Translations under genes and position numbers: made by a program | Shown: positions 17,148-22,211 of the stretch, in pieces | Position numbering within the stretch: position 1 is the stretch's first letter | Layout: every line of letters starts with the position of its first letter | NCBI GenBank assembly: GCA_046498225.1 | Contig: JAWOBF010000082.1 | Span: forward strand, 1 to 22,211 | Direction of reading: 5' to 3' | DNA from: Candidatus Aegiribacteria sp. | GTDB taxonomy: Bacteria; Fermentibacterota; Fermentibacteria; Fermentibacterales; JCC-6 | DNA: 22,211 nucleotides | The notes under the pieces: generated by a model | The model's input: the letters and a program-made list of their open reading frames with translations, nothing else | Database searches by the model: none | What the model was told of the DNA's origin: nothing

Positions 17148-18288
17148 AGAAATCTCTTACGGTCTCCACAACCTCTTTCAGCTCCTCCTCCGTCAGCTCG
17201 CCGAAGACGGGAATTGAAATGACCTCTTCGGAAGCGGCCTCGGACACGGGGAAGTCACCCTTTACATAGCCCAGGCAGCGGAAGCACTTCTGAAGGTGCA
17301 GGGGCATCGGGTAGTAGACGGCGCACCCTATTTCATTCTTCCTCAGATGTTCCAGCAGTCCGTCCCGGTCTTCCGCCCTCAGCGTGTACTGGTTGTAGAC
17401 CGACCAGGCGCCCCTCTTTATCACCGGGGTGGTTACCTCCTTCAGTTCTCTGAAGGCCTTACCGTAGTAGGCCGCGTTCCTCCGCCTTCCCTCGTGCCAG
17501 CTGTCCAGCCTTGCCAGTTTCACCCTTAGAAAACCGGCCTGGATAGCGTCAAGACGGGAGTTGAAACCGACTTCCTCGTGGATGTAGCCCGCTCCGCCGT
17601 GCTCCCGAAGACAGGTGAGCCTGGCCGCCGTCTCCGGGTCCGACGTGGTCACCATGCCTCCGTCACCCAGGGCTCCCAGGTTCTTCGAGGGGAAGAAGCT
17701 GAAGCAGCCCGCGGCGCCCCATGATCCGGCCCGCCGGTCCGACCACCTGCCCCCCACCGACTGGCAGGCGTCCTCCACCACCGGCACTCCCCAGTCGTCG
17801 CATATGGCCATTATCCTGTCCATGTCCGCCATCTGGCCGAACAGGTGAATGGGCATCACCGCACCCACCCTGGTGCCTGTGGGCCGGTATACTACGCCCC
17901 TGCTGGTCACCGCGCAGTTCTCGTTGAACCATTCCTCCAGCAGGGAGGGGTCCATGTTGTAGGAGTCGGGGAGGATGTCCAGGAACAGGGGAATGCCCCC
18001 TGCCCTGACTACGGACCCTGCCGAGGCGAAGAAGGTGAAGGGAGTGGTGATGACGAATTCCCCGGGCCCCACGCCCACCGCCATAAGCGAGAGGGTAAGG
18101 GCGTCGGTCCCCGACGCGCAGCCCACCGCGTGGGAGGTGCCGCAGTAATCGGCGAACTCACTCTCCAGGGCTTCCAGCTCGGGGCCCTTTATGAACCTCG
18201 ATGATTCCAGGGCCCTGTCGAACACCGACCGGAGCTCATCCCTGATCGGTTTGTGCTGCCTGCTAATGTCAAGAAGAGGAACTGGCAT
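17137..18288 (-). CDS. DegT/DnrJ/EryC1/StrS-family PLP-dependent sugar aminotransferase
   Basis: SGTDAL, TPFTFFAS, HLFGQ, EDACQ, SFFPSKNLGALGDGG (PLP Lys), GFNSRLDAIQA. Confidence 0.96.
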   Translation of the reverse strand: MPVPLLDISRQHKPIRDELRSVFDRALESSRFIKGPELEALESEFADYCGTSHAVGCASGTDALTLSLMAVGVGPGEFVITTPFTFFASAGSVVRAGGIPLFLDILPDSYNMDPSLLEEWFNENCAVTSRGVVYRPTGTRVGAVMPIHLFGQMADMDRIMAICDDWGVPVVEDACQSVGGRWSDRRAGSWGAAGCFSFFPSKNLGALGDGGMVTTSDPETAARLTCLREHGGAGYIHEEVGFNSRLDAIQAGFLRVKLARLDSWHEGRRRNAAYYGKAFRELKEVTTPVIKRGAWSVYNQYTLRAEDRDGLLEHLRKNEIGCAVYYPMPLHLQKCFRCLGYVKGDFPVSEAASEEVISIPVFGELTEEELKEVVETVRDFYAG

Positions 18289-18310
18289 TTCTGTTATCCT
18301 TTCACAATCC

Positions 18311-19708
18311 CTAGTGCGCCCCGGCGCCGGTGAGGACCACCTTGAGGGTCCGGGCCAGGATCTCCAGGTCCAGGAATATGGACTGGTTCTCGATGTAGAA
18401 GAAATCGTATCTCAGCTTGCTGGCCACGCTTTCCATGTCGGTGTCGTACTCCAGTTTCACCTGTGCCCATCCGGTGAGTCCCGGCTTTATGGTGAGCCTC
18501 TTCATGTAGAAGGGGAACACTTCCCTGAGTTCCTCCACGAACACCGGGCGCTCCGGCCTCGGGCCGACTATGGACATCTCCCCCCTGATAACGTTGAGCA
18601 GCTGTGGTATCTCGTCCAGGCGGGACTTCCTGAGCAGCCTTCCCACGCGTGTCACCCTGGCGTCGTTCCTGCCCGCCCAGACGGGGCCGCTCTTCTTCTC
18701 CGCGTCCTTCACCATGCTTCTGAACTTGAAGAGCTTGAATATCTTCCCCCCCTTTCCCACCCTTTCCTGTCGGTAGAAGACGGGACCCCTGGAGTCCAGC
18801 CTGATGGCGATGGCGACCAGCAGCCATAACGGGAGACCGACAAGAAGGACGAAGATGCTGAGGAAATAGTCGATGCAGGCCTTGACCAGTTTCTGCCAGA
18901 AGCTGAGCCTTTCCGGCAGTATCTCCATGAAGGGCTGCCCCATTATCTGAGTGCTGTGCACGTGGCCGGCCACCACGTCGAAGAGGTCCGGCACCACCTT
19001 CACCCTGACGCCCTGTCCCGAAGCGGGGACGAAAAGGGACAGTATGTCATCGTGGAAGTTGGAGGCGATGGTCACCAGCAGTTCCTTTATGGAGTGTTCC
19101 CTGACTATTTCGGGAAGCTCCTCCACCGAGCCCAGGAGCCTCTCCCGGGGGACCAGAGCCTCCAGATGGCAGCGGCCCGGCCTTATGAATCCGGTGATGT
19201 CGTAGCCAAGGGCGGTATTCCTGGAAACATAATCGTCCAGCTCCAGAGCCGCCTCACCGGTGCCGACGATGGCGGCCCTTCGGCTGAGACGGCCCTTCTT
19301 GGCCAGCCTCCGCTCTATTATCCGCACCGCGGACCTGGAGATGAACACCAGGATCAGGAGGAACAGGTAGTAGAAAACTATTATCCAGCGTCCCACGGAG
19401 GCCGAGGGCGATATGAGAAAAGCTCCGAAGAACAGAATTATGAATCCCGAAGTGACCGGTTTGACCACCAGTCTCATCTCATCCGCCCAGCTCATGTCCC
19501 AGTGAAGGCGGTAGGAGCCGGAGGCGGCGAAGATGAGCCACCAGAAAGGAAGCGACAGCGCGGCCCCGGAATATATCATGGTGTCGGAGATGGAAGCGGC
19601 GTCGGGGAAGACCCCGGAATCGAACTTTATCCAGGCGGAGAAGGTCATGGCGAGGAAGATGGCCAGACCATCCAGCGCCACGCTGAGGACCAGGGTCTTC
19701 TTCTTCAG
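18311..19708 (-). CDS. Priming polyprenyl-phosphate glycosylphosphotransferase (WcaJ/WbaP-type); start uncertain
   Basis: N-terminal TM helices, AAIVGTG CoA-binding-like domain, DSRGPVFYRQERVG, KFRSM, LDEIPQL, MSIVGPRPE, KPGLTGWAQV. The ORF-track extension to 19972 lies inside the upstream gene. Confidence 0.93.
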   Translation of the reverse strand: MKKKTLVLSVALDGLAIFLAMTFSAWIKFDSGVFPDAASISDTMIYSGAALSLPFWWLIFAASGSYRLHWDMSWADEMRLVVKPVTSGFIILFFGAFLISPSASVGRWIIVFYYLFLLILVFISRSAVRIIERRLAKKGRLSRRAAIVGTGEAALELDDYVSRNTALGYDITGFIRPGRCHLEALVPRERLLGSVEELPEIVREHSIKELLVTIASNFHDDILSLFVPASGQGVRVKVVPDLFDVVAGHVHSTQIMGQPFMEILPERLSFWQKLVKACIDYFLSIFVLLVGLPLWLLVAIAIRLDSRGPVFYRQERVGKGGKIFKLFKFRSMVKDAEKKSGPVWAGRNDARVTRVGRLLRKSRLDEIPQLLNVIRGEMSIVGPRPERPVFVEELREVFPFYMKRLTIKPGLTGWAQVKLEYDTDMESVASKLRYDFFYIENQSIFLDLEILARTLKVVLTGAGAH

Positions 19709-20838
19709 TGGTTTCCGCCTTTCCTTCTCTCCCAGGTTTCCACGGGTTTTCCGAATATCGTCCTTAATATACCATCTGTGGCCGCTCCGTTCATGAGCCA
19801 GAAATAATAGGGGAAGAGAGCCTTCGACGGCATTCGGTCCCGAAAGAGGGCCCCGGCGGCGGCGGAGAGGTGAAAAGCGCACAGCAGGATGAACACGGCC
19901 ATGTAGAACGGAGAGGCAATCAGGAACCCCGCGACGGCGGTGGCCGCCAGGAGGAAGAGACCGGAAAACCATCTGAGAAGCTTGTGCAGGAGAAGCTGGA
20001 TGAAGAGCAGCGGCTTTCTCCCGCGGACAGCCATGACCATCAGCAGCAGGCAGCTCACAAGCATCCAGCTCACTATGCGGACCATTCTCCTGTACTGCCT
20101 GGAGTCATCCGGGGACGGCTCCATGGCAACCGCGTCCGGGTTGAAAACGCAGTGGTATCCCTGCAGCCTGGCCATCACCGCAAGCTCGAAATCGTCGGCC
20201 CTTCCGGGCGAAAGGGGCAGGAAGAGATCCCTGCGGACGGAGAATACGGCGCCGGTCGCACCCAGCACCGCTCCCATGCTCGAACAGAGTTCCTTTACCT
20301 TCCTCTCGTACCGCCAGTAGACGCTTTCGCAGGTATCCCGGTCCAGACTGTTCCGCCTGCAGCCGTCCACACAACCCACGGAGGGGTCCGAGTAGGGACG
20401 CACCAGCTCGGTGACCGTGGCCGGCGCGAATACGGTATCGGCGTCGGTGAAGACCAGTATCCTTCCCGACGCCAGCTTCAGAAGTTCCTGCATCATGCGC
20501 GGTTTGCCGATTCTTCTATCACTTCTGTGCAGAACCACCCCCCGGCGGGAGAAGGAGGATGCCACCCGGTCGGTCCCGTCATCGGAGCTGTCCGAACCCA
20601 CCAGAACCTGGAGACCGCCCCCGTAATCCTGTTCCAGCAGGTTCCTTATCCGGTCCCCTATTACCACCTCCTCGTTCCTGGCGGCTATCAGTACGCTCAC
20701 CGACGGCCATTCTTCGGGGTCTTCCCACCGGCCGGGTACCTTTCCCGCGAAAACCGACAGAGCGAGGAGAATGAGGGGGTAGAACAGCCATGACGACAGG
20801 AACAGGCAGAGGAATACCCAGAAAAGAGCGACCGTCAT
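19705..20838 (-). CDS. GT2 glycosyltransferase, CESA-like/PgaC-like with N- and C-terminal TM helices, 377 aa
   Basis: ATG 20838 overlaps the upstream TGA (ATGA). YPLIL, SVLIAARNEE, SDSSDDGT, FTDAD, YWRYE, GATGA, DDF, HKLLRW. Confidence 0.92.
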   Translation of the reverse strand: MTVALFWVFLCLFLSSWLFYPLILLALSVFAGKVPGRWEDPEEWPSVSVLIAARNEEVVIGDRIRNLLEQDYGGGLQVLVGSDSSDDGTDRVASSFSRRGVVLHRSDRRIGKPRMMQELLKLASGRILVFTDADTVFAPATVTELVRPYSDPSVGCVDGCRRNSLDRDTCESVYWRYERKVKELCSSMGAVLGATGAVFSVRRDLFLPLSPGRADDFELAVMARLQGYHCVFNPDAVAMEPSPDDSRQYRRMVRIVSWMLVSCLLLMVMAVRGRKPLLFIQLLLHKLLRWFSGLFLLAATAVAGFLIASPFYMAVFILLCAFHLSAAAGALFRDRMPSKALFPYYFWLMNGAATDGILRTIFGKPVETWERRKGGNH

Positions 20839-22211
20839 TGTTCGGCGGCCTTCCTGAAAAGGTGCTTCCTGAAGGTGCCGAAGGCCCGAAGCGTCCTCCT
20901 GCCCTCGGTGAAAGGGTGGCTGACGGTCTGCCACATCTTGTAAAGCAGGTAGCGCGGTCTCAGGTAGAAGCGGCGGCGGGCCTGGTTGCACCAGTCCACA
21001 AGGGCCTCCGCCGGCAGGCCCGGCAGGTCCACCACGCAGTTGTGCAGTCCCTCATCCGTCACCCAGCGGTCGAAACTCCGGGTACGGAGCTTTCCCTCCT
21101 TCAGGTACCGGCGGTAGAGCCTGGTGCCGGGATAGGCCATCACCGGGAAGTACTGCGCGGTATCCGGGGCAAGTTTCAGCGACATTTGAAAGGTCTGCTC
21201 CAGGGTTTCCGGAGTTTCTCCGGGGTTTCCCGCCATGAAGCAGCCGTGCACCAGGAGTCCAGCCCTGCCGGCCCTCTCGGCGAATTCCAGGTTCTGCTCC
21301 ACAGTGGTTCCCTTGGAGACACCGTTGAGGATCTCCTGGGAGCCGGATTCGTAACCCACTATGATAAGCCGGCAGCCGGCGGCCTTCATCTTTCTCATAG
21401 CGTCCAGGGACAGGTTCGCCCTAACATTGGCGGTCCAGGGCAGACGGTTGCCGGCGCTTATCAGGGCATCGGAGACCTGCTCCACCCTGTCGCTGTCGAT
21501 GGAGAAGGTATCGTCCTCGATCACCACTTCCTGAACCGTCGGGAAGTACTCCCTGAACATCAGGAACTCCCGGGCCACATGGCCGGGGGAACGTACCCTG
21601 TACTTCTCACGGTGCATGACCTGGGGCCAGACGCAGAAGGAGCACCTGTACGGGCATCCCCTGCTGGTGATGGTCATGACGCTGGGGTACCTGGCGGCGG
21701 CGAAGAAGTAGTTTTCGGGCTCGAGGTGCCTTCTGTACACGTCCGCAAGGAAGGGAAGGGAATCCAGGTCGCCTATCATCTCCCGAGTGCCGGTATCCAC
21801 CAGATCACCCCTGTCGTTCAGAACAAGCCCCGGGACTTCCGCCGGGTTGCCCCCTCCGGCGAGACGGTCAGCCAGTTCCACAAGGGTGTCGTCGTACTCG
21901 CCAACGGCGACCGCGTCAAGAGATGGAGCAAGGCCGAGGCACTGACGGGGAAGCGCGCTGACATGCGTTCCCACCATTACGACGAAGGTTTCCGGAAGAC
22001 ACTTCTTGATAGTTGAGGCCACCCTGAGATCGCTGTAGATTGACGGGGTGGAAGTGTCCAGCACCACCAGCCGGGGGCGGTACTCCAGGAGCATCTCCAG
22101 AAGATCACTTTCACCGATGCCCCTGGCGGGACAGTCGATGAAGCTGACCTCATGCCCTTCCTTTTCCAGGGCTCCCGTGCCGTGGGCCAGCCAGAACGGC
22201 CAGTAGAGGGT
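20835..22211 (-). CDS. B12-binding-domain radical SAM protein, HpnJ-like (5'-truncated by window edge)
   Basis: The frame stays open from 22211 (TLYWPFWLAHGTGALEKEGHEVSFIDCPA...) into the listed ORF. DTSTPS, VGTHVS, GEYD, RGCPYRCSFCVWPQ, DDTF, WTANVRAN, VGYESG, HGCFMAG, YPGT. Confidence 0.92.
   Translation of the reverse strand, partial: TLYWPFWLAHGTGALEKEGHEVSFIDCPARGIGESDLLEMLLEYRPRLVVLDTSTPSIYSDLRVASTIKKCLPETFVVMVGTHVSALPRQCLGLAPSLDAVAVGEYDDTLVELADRLAGGGNPAEVPGLVLNDRGDLVDTGTREMIGDLDSLPFLADVYRRHLEPENYFFAAARYPSVMTITSRGCPYRCSFCVWPQVMHREKYRVRSPGHVAREFLMFREYFPTVQEVVIEDDTFSIDSDRVEQVSDALISAGNRLPWTANVRANLSLDAMRKMKAAGCRLIIVGYESGSQEILNGVSKGTTVEQNLEFAERAGRAGLLVHGCFMAGNPGETPETLEQTFQMSLKLAPDTAQYFPVMAYPGTRLYRRYLKEGKLRTRSFDRWVTDEGLHNCVVDLPGLPAEALVDWCNQARRRFYLRPRYLLYKMWQTVSHPFTEGRRTLRAFGTFRKHLFRKAAEQ

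Noticed and set aside
20790..22016. 408-aa ORF antisense to the HpnJ-like gene
   Set aside because: Shadow ORF with no independent support.
1..22211. RiPP interpretation of the radical SAM cluster; CRISPR, IS, prophage or RNA genes
   Set aside because: I found no short precursor ORF, PqqD/RRE domain, peptidase or exporter, and the context is glycan biosynthesis. No spaced repeats, transposase/integrase or structural RNA was recognised by eye.

Overview
Gene-dense bacterial window, mostly high-GC with a visibly lower-GC block at about 9.8-14.75 kb. It is dominated by a cell-envelope glycan locus: four GT2 glycosyltransferases, one GT-C (ArnT/PMT-like) transferase, a WcaJ-type priming phosphoglycosyltransferase, an NDP-sugar epimerase, a DegT aminotransferase, a PAP2 phosphatase and a DgkA/UdpK kinase. 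Four radical SAM enzymes are interleaved with these: three with an N-terminal cobalamin-binding-type domain (one HpnJ-like) and one SPASM/twitch type. Other genes are serS, elbB, a PHP phosphatase, a beta-helix protein with a T9SS-type C-terminal domain, and at the left edge two tandem paralogous proteins that both end in L-x3-T-W-x2-I-K-x2-F-stop. The T9SS domain suggests an FCB-group organism; the tail motif recalls Fermentibacteria/Latescibacterota-like lineages (from memory, unverified). The best leads are (i) the TWxxIKxxF tail as a candidate uncharacterised sorting signal and (ii) radical-SAM tailoring of a surface glycan or glycolipid. I saw no RNA genes, CRISPR arrays or mobile elements. 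All family assignments come from motif recognition by eye, not database searches.
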